Origin: Adineta vaga
Taxonomy: Eukaryota; Animalia; Rotifera
Assembly: GCA_021613535.1 (NCBI GenBank)
Contig: CP075494.1
Location: 10,354,001-10,418,000 of the forward strand
DNA: 64,000 bases
Direction of reading: 5' to 3'
Shown: positions 48,511 through 62,815 of the stretch, in pieces
Numbering within the stretch: the first letter of the stretch is position 1
Layout of the letters: every line of letters begins with the position of its first letter
Notes under the pieces: model-generated
What the model saw: only the letters and a program-made list of their open reading frames with translations
Databases searched by the model: none
What the model was told of the DNA's origin: nothing
Position numbers and translations under genes: made by a program

Positions 48511-48803
48511 CATTGTATATAGAAAAAGAAATTAATTTGATAGAATAATAAAAACGAGAATGCGAGATTTTATTAGATTATTAAAGCAGAAAAAGAAACA
48601 CGAAGAAGAATTTGAAACACAATACAAGTTAAAATAGAGAAACGAAAAAGAAGCAGGTTAAAATAAAACGATATAAATGTGTTTGCGTATACGCGTGCTT
48701 CCTAATCTAGAATATACTGATCAAAGAAAGATGAAGAGAAGAGAAAAAAAAATGCAACTAATCAATATAAAAAGAATAATAATATTATGAAGAATTCATT
48801 TAA

Positions 48804-50153
48804 TTATGTACGATATGTTTGTGTTGTTGTTGTTGGATGTTCATCACGGATAACGACGTCACGTACAACAACTGGGTCCTGTCTTCCGCCATAATTATCG
48901 TATGGTCCTTGTCGAACAACTTCAGTTGGAACTGGTCGATTTAATGGAACTGTTTCGACAGTTACATCATGTGGACCAGGAACATATTCAGTTTTAACTG
49001 TTGTTGTTGTTACTGTTCGCACTTCTGATCCTAATGTTTTAGCTTTTAAAAATGAAAAAGCTAGAATTGCAGGTAAAACTAATGCAAGAATCATTGCAAG
49101 AATTGATAAAACAGTTGACCAACCAATACAAGCACGTGTACTTTCATAAACACGACTATGTTCGATCAATGGACCATAGGCATTACGTAAACGTTCTTGT
49201 GGTGGTGGTGCTGTTGTTTGTTGATAATAATTTTGTTGACTACGTGGTGCATAATTAGCAGGATTATTGGCATAGGGAAAATAGACCCATGAACGAGTTT
49301 TTTCCGAAAATTGTTGATAATGTGTTTCATTGTATGAATGTTGACCAGGTGCTAATGGGTATGCACGATAAGTTTCATGTGCTTGTCGACGAACAATTGC
49401 CGAACGGCCAGCGGTATGACGATGACCAACTTGTATTCCAAGTCGGGAATGAATATATGGATATGAATCAGCAATTGAGCGTGTTTCTCGTTTAAGATAA
49501 CTGAGCAAGATAATAAGACCAATTAATAAAAAGAGAAATGCAACAAATGAGAGAAGAATACCGATTGGTTTTAATAATCCATGATATTGAGTTGTTAATA
49601 AAGACACAATAAGAACAACAAGACCAAGAAGAATTAATGCAGTAACTTCAAAAAAGATAACTGCATTCCAATGAGCATATCGTCGACAATGACAATTTCC
49701 TGGAGATGATATTCCAGGAGCACATGTTAAAAATGAACCACGAAGAGTAGATGTTTGTGATAAACAACGATGTAAATCGTCTTCATTTTCATCTTGTAAT
49801 CGTGGAAAGCGTGTACTTGCCCAAACATCAAATTGTTCATCATTATTTGCGTAAACTTTCACATCGCGTGAATATAAACCATACGTTTGATCAATACGAC
49901 TATCATCATAAATATATGCGGGTGCAACACGTTGTGTTGCATTGAATAATGGGCCAAGATGAGTTACTTGATATTTCCAATGATGAGTTATAACAGCAAA
50001 AAATTGAAGAAGAAAAGCGGCGATTGCTAATAAAAGTGCAAGAATATTTAATAAACGAACAAGATTTTTAGTTGCCACAGGATCTGTTGCTGCTTTGACT
50101 TTCGCTTCATTTTTTGCAGCAGATGTTGTTGTATCTTTAGATGTCTTTGCCAT
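48804..50153 (-). CDS. Claudin/PMP22-superfamily four-TM protein with expanded loops, intronless
   Basis: TM1 followed by W...'YGLY'...C..C (variant of the W-GLW-C-C signature), TM2, TM3, and 'IGWS' before TM4. Confidence 0.75.
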   Translation of the reverse strand: MAKTSKDTTTSAAKNEAKVKAATDPVATKNLVRLLNILALLLAIAAFLLQFFAVITHHWKYQVTHLGPLFNATQRVAPAYIYDDSRIDQTYGLYSRDVKVYANNDEQFDVWASTRFPRLQDENEDDLHRCLSQTSTLRGSFLTCAPGISSPGNCHCRRYAHWNAVIFFEVTALILLGLVVLIVSLLTTQYHGLLKPIGILLSFVAFLFLLIGLIILLSYLKRETRSIADSYPYIHSRLGIQVGHRHTAGRSAIVRRQAHETYRAYPLAPGQHSYNETHYQQFSEKTRSWVYFPYANNPANYAPRSQQNYYQQTTAPPPQERLRNAYGPLIEHSRVYESTRACIGWSTVLSILAMILALVLPAILAFSFLKAKTLGSEVRTVTTTTVKTEYVPGPHDVTVETVPLNRPVPTEVVRQGPYDNYGGRQDPVVVRDVVIRDEHPTTTTQTYRT

Positions 50154-52278
50154 CGTCCTTGTTTGCTTGCTTCAGCAGTGGTTTTGTTGTTATTATTATT
50201 ATTTCTCTTGTGGTAAAAGGAGTGGTAGTGGCGATGCGTTAGTCAATGCTCGATTAGCATGAGACTGTCATCGGCGTTGTCGTTTGTTTTTTTTGGCGCC
50301 CAAACGAGAAAGAGAGACGAGAGAAGAGAGACGAGAGAAAAAGAGAAAGATAGGAGAAGAGAATAGACGTCGTTTGCTTCAATCTAATATCATATCTTTG
50401 CCGTTATGCATCTTTCATTTTTTTTTTCTTCCCTTCTCTTTCCTTTTCACGTACAAATACAACTATAAATTTGACCACATATAACATACACAATTAGATC
50501 GGAGATGTTATTTGAGGAAGAGAGGATATAAATAAGTACGAAGCAGAAAAGAGAGAAAATGAATGAAATTATGATTAATATTGCCTATAACGCTTTTTCT
50601 CTCTCTCTTCCATCTTTCGGGATGAGTGACGACCACAGAAAATAAACATAAAGACTCTCATTGCTTTGCCACTCAACAAAACAAGGACATTTCTTTTTTG
50701 GGTTATATATGTGCCATTTCTTTACTTCCCACCTGCTGTTTAAGAAGATCTACTGATCTATCATATATATATATATGTCTATCTATCCTTCATTGAATGA
50801 TTCTATTCATCATGCAAGTTGACTTGATGATCAGAAGGAAAGCAGAAATTTATCAGAACGTGTTTATTTTGAGTAATAAATCGTTTATCTTCTCATTTCT
50901 CTCTCCCACCCTCCCTCCCGCTCTCTCTCTCTCTCTTCTCTGCTCATCAATGCAAATAATCATCAAAATAAAATATATCAACAGACCAAAATCGTTATGT
51001 TGTACACAGATGAACTCTCATAATGATCACCTTGATATGCATCATTCACGCTAGAGGAAAGAAAAAGAATCTTCGTACATATATGTATAATTTCGAAATG
51101 ATTATTATCAGTATACATTAACGTGAACTTGTTTTAATGACCCAACATCGCTTTTCAATGTTCTCTTTAGATATTCAACAAAATTCCAATTCCTAATGAA
51201 AGTATTTCGACAATTTCATCGGCATATCTATCACGAACTAGAGTGAGAAAAAGAAAAGAAAACTTCGTTGTTAATTCTATTACGGGTCTAATAAATTTCT
51301 CTTGTACGATTGACACAACGTTCAGCATAACAATTGTGTATTAGTTTTTCTTTTTCAAATGCAGAAGGTCGTAACAGCTGCCACTTAGTAAAAGAAATCG
51401 ATTATGAACAAGATGATTGAATTGAATATATTTATATCTTTCGAGAGATAATTAGAAGAAAAAGTTTCTAATAATAGTTAGGCATAACATTCTACTCTTG
51501 TTCTTCTTCTTCATTATCTATTTTCTAGATTATTCAATATGGCAAGAGAAAAACAAAAGGATAGATAACAGAAGCGAGAAAATACCCGTCAAGATAAAAG
51601 TGTTAGACCTATCAACATTGATGTTGCAAAGCAACCATTCTATACTTGGTAATAACTCGATTTCTCTCGAGTACAACTGCTTCGATTTCCTCTATAACTT
51701 GACATTGTTTTTCTTCGATAATAAACAAAAAAGCAAAGTACAAATTTCAAGTTTATTTTCTCATGATTGGATGCACAGTATAAATATTTCCTCAAGGAAT
51801 TAATGAATATCTCTCAAAGGACTTTTGTTTTCTCATTAAATCGGACATTTTCCGCTATTTACTAAACTACTCAAATAGAAACGATTCACTCTTATATCAA
51901 TATGAAAAATATGTTTTGATGAAATGGATAGAAACTTTCCAGCTTGTAATATCTTCTCATGATCATTAATCAGTGTCAAAATTTTTCCTCCTACACAATG
52001 ATCAATTGATAGAAATTCTCTCGAGAAGTTCGACAAATCACAACAGAATCCATATGACTGTTTCATATTCTTTTTTTTTTCTTTTAAAATCATTTACAAC
52101 GGTTAAAAACAAATTATTTTTATTTTATTAAAGTAAGATTTATTCATTACTCTTATACTCGCATCTGACACACAAAATTCGACAGAAATTATGTCGATCT
52201 AACTAATCATACTTTTTCTTCCGGATAAAGCACATATAAAAAAAAACAATACGAAAATTAGTTAATTTAGCTCATGAT

Positions 52279-53531
52279 CTAATCCATTAGTTCTGGACCT
52301 AAAATGCGTGGAACGCATTTGCCAAAACCATATCGCCATGCTATTTCGATTGGAATTAATTGTTGGTGCTTACGATAGAATTGATAAATATTTGAAGACA
52401 TTTTATAAAGGAAATCATCATCATTATCTTGTGCATTGCCATGATTTAAACGAAAATAGAGAAGTTTATCGAAATATAATGAACCTGTGGAAACTGAACC
52501 TTCATATGTTATCTGTCCTAAATTGTATTTATTTGATTGTGGTTTATATCGAAAAGTAAATGATGCATTTTGTTCTTTATTACGCATATCATATTGATTC
52601 AATTCATTCATTGTTACAACCGATAAGGTATTCGTTTGATTATTCAATTTAAAACATTGATTAGGTGTTCGATCTAATAATGATCTTTCAAAACAAACAT
52701 ATGGCAGTTTAAATGCTAAATGAACCGTTGTTTTTACATTTGCCATAATATAATCAATTTCAGCTAATTTCATATATGAATCTGGATGTTCATTATCTGG
52801 CCAACGAAGATAGATACCTGATCGGACAATATATTTCGTATAAAGATATTTATCTTGTATATGTAATTGATGAATTGAACCGGGTATTTTAATATTACCT
52901 GAACCATGATGACGATGAATGAATAGAAAAGCAATCATGATCGATAAAGCTAAATTAACTAACCAAACAGGTATGAGAAATATTGGAAAACAGATATATA
53001 AACGTTTAGCTCGACACCAATTCGGTATATCTTCTGATTTAACATCATCACGTAAGAAAGTATAGAGATTGTAGAGTTTCCAAATTGTCACAAAAATGGA
53101 AAAGATTGCTTTTGATAATGATGACATTTTAAACCAACCATCCCGACATAAATTCACGTGAAAAATAATCATTATTTGTGGAATTTCTTTGATAATTGCC
53201 CATAATAAATCAATTGTATATGAACGTACACGAAGACATTCTTCTGCTTTCAAACAACCACAACAAAATATTAGTAACATCAATTGTATACATGCAAGAA
53301 TAATGCCAACAGATGTAAAAAATGAATATCTACAAAACAAAATCATTGATTCTAATTTGATGAGAAAAGAAAATCTTACGCAGGTAATATCCATCCTTCT
53401 AATTCACCATAGACAAGACCATTTTTTATTCCACGATTTTCATTGATAAAATATCCATCTAATATTAATGACCAAATCAATATGATCAAATTTAGAAAAA
53501 CACTTTGCATACACATTCGACATGATACCAT
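52279..53531 (-). CDS. Uncharacterised multi-pass membrane protein with a large C-terminal soluble domain (2 exons)
   Basis: Exon 1 MVSCRMCMQSVFLNLIILIWSLILDGYF...WILPA splices to YSFFTSVGII.... About 5 hydrophobic segments and an 'IIKEIPQIMII' motif. Confidence 0.7.
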
Positions 53532-54133
53532 TATTATTATTATTCTAAAACAAATAAATGAGTATTATCAATCCTAAACCATCGCTTTTTCGATATTCTC
53601 TTCTCTTCTCTTCTTTCTAACAACTAGTACATGAATCATTATGATCTAATAATTATACATCAGACAAAAAATGATAATCATCATTTTTTTTCTGTTCTCA
53701 TTTAAAGTAGTCGTCTTTACATGAATAATTGTCTAAAATTGAGAAACGAACATCGTATAAGTTCGGTTAATTAACATCTCATTCTCATCTCATCTATATG
53801 ATATTCGATTCCTATTGGTTTATTTTCTATCCAATCAACAATCATTATTTATCCTCCTTATTGGAAAAGTTTCAAAATTAATCTTGTAGCGTAATAATCA
53901 ATTACTTTCATTTATTTTTCTCTACATGATTAACAAAATGTTGTTGTTGTTTTTTTTTCTTTCCCATAAAAATCAAACAGCTGTTGTTCTCTAAAAAAGT
54001 AACGTGTCTTTTTTTTCTCTCTCTCACACACACACTCAAGACAGATCCATGGTCAATGTTGGATATTCCATGATTACAACGACTTGATCAACATAGATTT
54101 ATTTCTTTTGAATTTTTCAATAACATCAGAATA

Positions 54134-57100
54134 ATGAATACACCGTGTAGTCTCGAACATTGTCATACAAATCTATTTGCTTTGGTAATTGTGAAAGAAT
54201 TTCTTTGGAAATATGAAATTTTTCATTGAATGACTCTTTTTTTAGCAAAGTTTAAATGATATGAAATGGAAATGTTTTCGTCGGGCAACGAATTATCGCT
54301 TAGAAAATACTCAATCTGGTCGTTTTGATAATTATAAAGATCCTGTTTTAATTGCCTATTGGAATGCTTTACATGAGGATATTCTTTGCGCTTGGAGACG
54401 TGTACCAAACGATGATGGACAGAAAACTGAAAGAGAACTTTGGTTATTTGGAATTAATGAAAATCTTCCATCGGTCTTACCCAATTTAATCCGTAGGAAA
54501 AGACATTCTTTCGTAATAACTCTTATTATTCGTTTTTATTTAGCTATTCCTCATGCACATGGTTCATGGAATGAAAGTGCAATGTCTTATGATTGTCGAT
54601 CAATGTTATTTAAAGCTTTGCATAATATGATTGAAAAGTAGGAGGAAAGAATAATGATTGGTGATATATGTGTTTTCCTTTTTTATTAGATATTTGTTAT
54701 CAAAAGGTTTTGCTCGTCTGAATAAATGGTTTGTTTTACCAGTTAATGAACATTCCGATGTAAAAGTGTATGTAGAAGAATCAAGAGTTGTTTTTCTTTT
54801 TTGTATTTAGAATTCAAAGAAAAAAAACTATCGAAAGTATCTATATTTAGACCGAATTACTCGTTTAATTTCAATTTTTTCCTTCATGGTGATAATAAAG
54901 TATGTGCAAGTGTTGATGTTCAACGTCATAAACAGATACTCCATCTGACGAATAAAGATCTTGAACAAACTTCACCATCGAATGGTATATTTTAAATCTT
55001 TGGCTTTTGTTTGAAATTATATTATTTTCTTTTATACAGTTATCTTAGCACCGTATGGAATCAATGGAATGCTTATTGGTCATATTAATCGAGATATAGA
55101 TATCAATAGTTTACGTGAAAATTGGGAAAGAAATTATCCTATTCGTCATTTGGATGGTTTACCTGATTTTGTTGAAGTGACGACGAGTAAAATGAAAATT
55201 TTCATTTCAATTCAAGATTTTCTTCTTTTATTTTCGAAGGTAATATGCGAATGTTTTATCCTACATGTTATGTATATAAAATTGGTACAAACGATTCATC
55301 GGATACGACGAGTGAAAATGCATCTATGAATAAGAAACTGGATGTTTCATTGAATAAAAAATCAAAACTACGAGCAACAGTAATCAACACACCTTCAACT
55401 TCAGTATCAAATACGAATAAAATCGAAAATTCTCTGATTAAAAAATTTGCAAATAATTTATTGATCAGTGCACAACGAACGAATTGTATTGATTTAGAAA
55501 AAACGTCAGTACTAAAAACAAACAATCATTCATTTTCTTTTCAATCGAGAAATATTTTTTTCTTCTAGACAAGTGAATAAACATGCCGATATCTGCTCAG
55601 TCATTACAGATCCTACAAATCAACATTTATGTCGATGTACCCAATGTATACCAATCAATATTCGTTCAGCTCCATTCATTCCATTTCATCGTCGTCCTCG
55701 TACAACTCCATCGAATGGATCGGATTCATCTCTGCGATCGAAAACTGAAGCAATGAAACATGAAAGTCAATTTGAATCGATTGAAAATTCCGATGTCATT
55801 ATCGAACCAACTCTATCACCTATACCTACAACTAATACTCAACCTGCTACAAATGAAAAACCAATCGATTGGATTGCAACGACACCGAATAGTGTCGGTA
55901 TTTCAGGTCCACCTTCTGTTCTTCCTGTAACTACAAATCGAAATTCTCCAGCAGCTAATTCTATACCATCAAAAGGTATTAAACGTTCAGCAACAATCGC
56001 ATTTGATGATACAATTGTCGACGATGATGAACGTGAACATCATCAACAAACATATGACTTTTGTGGAACTGTGTCCTTGTAAGATTTTTATTGTAAAATT
56101 TTAATTTCTTAAACATTCTTTTTCAATTAAGTTTACAATTACCATTGAAACGCTTTCGAATCGATGAACATTCAAATTTAAACAGTTTGGAATCGATAAC
56201 AAATACTCCTGAACATGTTTATCATCATGGTCAACCAACTCCTCCAAGTCCTAGTCAATTACCAATTCGTGTATGATTCTATCTACAATATTAATTCATA
56301 AAATAATTATTTTCTCTATCTAGACAACATATGATTTTGAAGAAAATGATGATGGAATTTCTCGAACAAGTTATTTACCTTCAACACCAAACAATACTCG
56401 TTTAAGTCAATCCTCTTTCTATACAACAGATGGACCATCTATGGCTGATTTAGACACTATACTTGATTCACAAGATTCTACAGAAAATAAGCCTACTACT
56501 TCAAATACTCTTTCACATTATACTTCGGATAGTAATATAAAATCACCCAGTCGAAAAGAAAACATTCTTCCACCACCACTACCACCTGCTCCAACTATAT
56601 TGATTAACAATGGATGTGTTTTTCCATTCAATCGATCATTTAATGGAGGTTTGTTCACATCGAAAAGATTGAATGTTTATCTATAAGATAACTTCTTTAT
56701 TTAGTTCTTCATGAAATGGAACAAATCTATAATACTCCACCAGGTTCTTCATCATCAGAAAAACTTCAAACATTACATTCCCCTTATGGTATTATGCTTG
56801 ATACTTCTAGTTCTGTAGCAACTACTTTTGATACATTAAATCAATTCGGTCAAGAATCTATTCTAGCACCTTTCGAATCACATACAATTACGGAACAATC
56901 GGCTTATTTTCCAAATAATAAACTTTCATTAATCAAATCTTTCGAACGTTATGAACCATCAAAAACATCATTTCGCCCAGCAAGAATACGTCATAAAGCA
57001 CTTCGACATTGGAAACCAATAGTACCTCTCAATGATCTTTCTTCAAGTCCACTAAATAATCAACAAATTCTTCGTCAACATGCAACACCACGTTCCATGC

Positions 57101-60100
57101 CTACTCCAACACATTATTCTCCAATGCGTTCAAATGATATACAATCTTCACCTTATCCTTCAAATCGTTCGATTGGAAGTGTTCAAACTTTAAATAGTCC
57201 AATGGGTAGTCTTACTTCTACAATTCCTGATGTTGATTCATTAATATTCAATGTTTTACTTAATGACAGTATTTTAAATCTCTATCGTGATATTAATTTT
57301 GATTCATGCGTCCTATGTGCGTGTACATCCAATGAATTATCAATTCATGGTGTCGATTCTATAGTTTATCTGGAAAAATCACGCGAGCAAATGAAATCTA
57401 CACGTTCACAACTTTATTCTCATCAACAATCCATCTATGCTCAACAACAAACGATACCCTCAATGAATAATCCATGTTCATGTGGATTTTCCGCTGTTGT
57501 TAATCTACGATTAAGTTATTCATCAGGATTATTTTATGAAGATGAATGTGAAATAACGGGAACGAAAAGTGAAGTCAAATACCGGCAATCTACTGATCAA
57601 TTGTCGGTTAATCTATTAGAATTAATCGAACGAAAAGAATGTTTATCATCACCATTTGATTACTTTAACTATCAAACAACGAAACAAAAACCAAATACTA
57701 TTGATGCTTTACAGATATTAAAACAACCATATCATCAATGTAAGTTCCTAAGAAAAAAACATATTATTTACACGTGAATTTTTCATTTTGATATTTCAAT
57801 AGGTGAAAATGATGCTTGTCGATTAGCAATTGATCATGCTCGAAATAATAGTAACGTTCTAATTGCAGACGATATTGAAAAACATTTTTGGTTGCATCAA
57901 TGGTCCTACTCAACATGTAAGAATATATATATCTAAAATCATTCGATTTTTTTTCAACTAATTTCATTTAGTACCACTTGATTGTGATCAACAATTGATT
58001 ACAATGTTACGTTCATTACAACCACTTCTTGTTGATGCGTTAAAAAAACGTAATGTGAATGGTTTATGGAGTACAATCGATGGGCCATTAACATGGAAAT
58101 CTTTTCAACAATTATTATACGTTCAGAATCAACATGCACATCTAGAAGAACAAATCAGTGGTCCACAACCTATTCCCTATGTTCTAGCTGGTCTTGATCG
58201 TGAATGGATTACGTTAGCACCATACGGTGTCAAATTTTGGGATAAACTTTGTCTTGAACCTTATTCGAAACGAAAAGATACCGGTTATATATGTGTGATA
58301 CCAGATAATGATTATGTTTGCTCAATGACCAAGACATATTTTCGTGAATTTTCAGCACATTATGAATTATGTCGATTAGGTTTACATCGACCTGTAACAA
58401 AACTTTTTCCTGATCAAGGTATTTTACGTATATCTTCACAAATGAATGAGTCATTAACACTTCCAAATATTGATCAATGGTTTACAGATCATGAAAGAAC
58501 ACATCCACTTGGTAATCGATTGAAACTTTATGCACAAATACTCAAAGATAAACTTGGTAAGAATAAATTTCATCGAAAAATTTTATATATGAATGTTATT
58601 CTATTGTATAGCAAATATTCTTTCAACACAACTCTTCGATGGTACATTATTAGATGATATTAATTCACGTCGTGATGCTTTTCGTAATCCAAATGATCTC
58701 TCGTCATCATCATCATCATTTGATTTACAATCAACAAATAATGATACAACGACAAATGGTTATATATTTTCACCAACATCATCATCATCTTCATCAGCTG
58801 CTGGTCTAATTGCCAATAATATCTACACAACTGGATCAACGACAGGTGAGATGTTTTAAGTGCATCTTCAACAAATCTTTCTTCATCTTCAAATGGAACA
58901 ATTATGAATGGTCAACAAGTTGATCCGGTGGATTTACAAGCATTTGAATCATTCTACCATGGTCGATCATTAAATGATGATCAATTATTTTTTGTCATTT
59001 ATCTTATTGACACATTTCGTTATGAATTAATTGGATCATCAACAAATGAAAATGAGAATTTAAATCTTGATGAAACTCTTGATGTATATATTAAAAAAGC
59101 GATTTTTCGTATTTATATGGATCTTATTAAAGATTTACCCGAAAAAATCTCGAGTCGAATTAATATTCAAGTAAAAAATGTTTACTTACTCAAAACATCT
59201 CAATCTAATCTTTATTCTATTTAGATTATTCCATTTGAATCTATTGTTAATCAACAAGCTGAATCTGATTCTGAACTTCGTATAACTCAATTCCGACGAT
59301 TATCATTTCATATTTATGATCAATTACGACGAACGATATCTTATACAACTCGTGCAAAATCTTTAACAGGTTTTGGTCCAGCTGCATCGGAAGAAAAAAC
59401 GCCGGCAAAAATAGTAACGATCAATCTTATTTAAACGAAAAACAAAACAATTTAATATTTCAATTTTATTAGGTCTTGCAACTTTATACACCGGCATATA
59501 TTCTTTCACCGAAATCAGATTTTCGTTTTAAATCATTTGCTGATATCAATGAACAGACGAGTATCAACGGAAGTATTCTCTTCTGTTCGTATTGTTTGTC
59601 GGATGATCAACGATATTTATTAGCTACATGTTCAGATGATCGAGGAGAATTATTAGAAACATGTTCAATTAATATTGAAGTACCGGATAGGTAAATAAAA
59701 GAATTGTATGACGTATGAAGAGGATAAACTAGTTTTCTTTTAGACATCGAAGAAAAATGCAACATTGTCGAAGAATTGGTTTACAAAAATTATGGGATTT
59801 TATTATGCGAATTGTAACAAGTACTACAATGCCGTGGAGAATAGTTATTGGAAGATTAGGAAGACTTGGCCATGGAGAATTAAAAAGTAAAATCGTTGTT
59901 CATTTATATAAAAACGAAGATCAAACTAATTTCTCTTCTTATTAAGATTGGGGAATTATTTTATCAAAGAAAAATCTTGTTCGTTGTGCTACATTAATTC
60001 GTGAATCATGTTCTATGTGTCATATCCTACGTAGTCATGATCATCCTGTAATTCTATCTGCTTGTTTGATATCAATGGAAACACATCCTTTATTAACAAT

Positions 60101-61079
60101 TCTACCTGAATCATTTGAATTGGGAGAAATGCGTGGTACACAACCATCAAATAATAATACGACAAACATGCAAAATAATGGACAGGTACTCAACAATATC
60201 TCAGTAACACACATTCTCACTCTTCCAACATCAGCAACTGTTCAAGTAAGAAATTGAAACAAAAATTTAAGACGTTTCTTTGGAATCATTTTTTCATTTA
60301 TTTATAGCATGTTCAAACTATTCTTCGACCAAATGATCCTCGTCAAACATCAATCGATAATGATGAAGATCTATTTGGTCCTTTATTTGGTGCATTTGAT
60401 AGTGATGCATTCGACAATATGCAATCACCACCACCTGAATTTGATATTCCTGGTAATTATGTTCTCGATGCAAATCAATCGGGAAATTCGTCTGGTCATC
60501 TAAGTCGTCTAAATAGTTTATCCGTTTCACAATCAAATTACAATAGTACTGATCTCTATGGAAATTCTTTGAATAATTCCAATTTAAAATCGAATTCTTT
60601 ACTTCATCTCGATTCTGAAGTTGATATGAATGATATTCCCACATTACATCAACAACCACTTGCACTTGGATTCTATGTTTCATCAATTGGTACATTGAAT
60701 CCTTTACCTACATGGATGTTACAAGGTCAATATAATCAACGTCTAAAGAATTCTTCGAGTGTATTCAAAGCAACATTACATGTTAGTGTTCCGAATGCTC
60801 AACATTCAGATGATATGTTATTTGCTCAAAGTCATGATCAAAAATCAACACATCCACTAGATTCAAATTATACTTATGTTGTCTTGAGGTAAATTCATTT
60901 TTTGACAAAAATAAAAAACGATTTGTTTTTGTTGTGAATTCTTTAGACATGTTCTTGAATCATATAATCGTTTATCATGGTTACTAATCGATGCTAAAAC
61001 AAATGAACGTGCTAGTTGTTTACCGATTCATATGGAAACTTTATTAAGATTATATCATGCTTTTATTAAATTTGTATGA
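54134..61079 (+). CDS. MED13: Mediator subunit 13 (kinase module), many exons
   Basis: N-terminus '[12 protein letters not shown]|..IKWK', 'ELWLF', '[13 protein letters not shown]', '[15 protein letters not shown]', 'GPLTWKSF', '[10 protein letters not shown]', 'KSLTGFGP', '[17 protein letters not shown]', '[10 protein letters not shown]'; C-terminus 'SCLPIHM'. Confidence 0.97.
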
Positions 61080-62815
61080 TTTCATATTAGCGATCATCTT
61101 TCCCATGTGATCTTCTTGTTGTTCTTCTTCTTCTTGTTATTGTTGATTGATTTAAAGAAAGGAAACCCTCCCAAACAATTGTGCATTGTTATTCATTGTG
61201 ATCTGACCTATTCGTGAAATATAGAAAATAGAAAGAGACAATTTCGCTCGTATATATATATGTATACATATTTATTATTTTTCTCTTCGTTTTTTTTATG
61301 TATATTTTTTCTTTCTTCTTTTGTATATTGATTTTATTTTAGTGTGACTATTACTACTTGCTCTTTCTTTATTTATTTACTGATTTGGATTTTTCCTTTT
61401 GTTTTGTTTGTCATTGAGCAATGTTCGTTTGTTTATTTTTTTTCTCATGATGAACATGCAGAAGCAGTGATTGTCTTCTTTTTTCGGTTGTCACTTTCTT
61501 TTTTTCTTTTTTTAAACTTATTATTCATCCTACTTCCGCCTGTCCATGTTGGTTATGTGACAGTTGTTTTCTTTGCTTTTTTTTCTTCTTCTTTTTGTTT
61601 CAGCTTATAAAACTATCGTTGAACAACTGAATTAACAGTATGATTTTACTTGAGATAATTCAAAATCATGATGAAGGAAAATATCTTTAATTGACGAATA
61701 ATTTCTTTGACTTTGAACAAAAATAATTTGTACTTATACAGCAATTTTAGTAATTAGTCATGATAAAAACAACTAAACTAATTGGAATTTTGATAGTTTT
61801 TAACATGTAATAATACTGATCTTATTTCAGAATGTTCTTTTTTGCTTCCTCGTTTACGAAATACAAAACGGTCAGTTCCGGTCGGGATCTCACCCTCGAG
61901 TCAAGCGTCATTTCACCCTTCAATCTAATAAATAGTTTTCGATATGGCTGATCGTTTAAGTGAATCTATTGTAATCAACGCGCTAAAATTCGAAACAATC
62001 ACATGAAAAACTTTGATTTGTTTTCTCTTGTATTATATTACCTTTATCGAATACATCACTAGGTGTTTCGTACTATAAATTCTATTATCTTTTCGTTCAT
62101 AGAGAAAAAAAAGGGATTATATTATACAATACATTTGTTTATGCATGAATAATCTCGAAACGAAATGATGTCAAAATATATTTTGTATTTCTTTACACTG
62201 AAAAAATTCAAATTAACATCTGATACAATCCATTAATATCAGGCATTTTCACTGAGGTTTCTATGTGTCAATCATCATGCTATATGAAACAAAATGTGTA
62301 GGCGATCATTTACTATACGTCAGTTAGAATGTAAATTTTTCTTTTTCTTTCTTCTTCGTCGTTACTTTTTTTTTTCCTTCAAGCATGAAAAAAGAATGAG
62401 CGTACATGCATGTTTTTTCTTTCTTTTTTTCATATTTAGCTTATCAAAAGCTTTTCTTCTTCGTCTATTTTTCTCGTTCGAATGCAAACATCTGCCTATT
62501 TCTTTTGAATCCAAGAAGAAGAAAAAAATCAAATTAGAGAGAATATTTAGTATCCCACTTTCCTTGTTTCTCGCGGTCGTTCTCTATTTTTCTTCCTCAT
62601 ACCGGTGATGCTTTGAAAGAGAGAAGAAAAAGTGAGAGAGATAAAAGTTTCTAACATCACTGGAGCTGAACACATCATTTGCGTCGATAGACAAAGAACG
62701 AGTATATTTTTCCTTCAGATAGATTACTTTCTTCTCGAACATTACAATGGCGAAACTAGTTTAATTCTTTTTTTTGATATATTTTGAATAAAACGCCAAA
62801 GAAAATTACTGAACA

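Noticed and set aside
48804-52559. Antisense and alternative-frame ORFs over real genes (e.g. 49052, 49289, 49751, 52308; also 6085, 6484, 16498, 24972, 39680)
   Set aside because: Shadow ORFs produced by the codon bias of the true coding frame; no independent motifs.
61344-62608. Phe-rich hydrophobic ORFs (61344-61610, 62294-62608) as membrane peptides
   Set aside because: Translations of T-rich UTR/intergenic tracts, with non-ATG or context-free starts.
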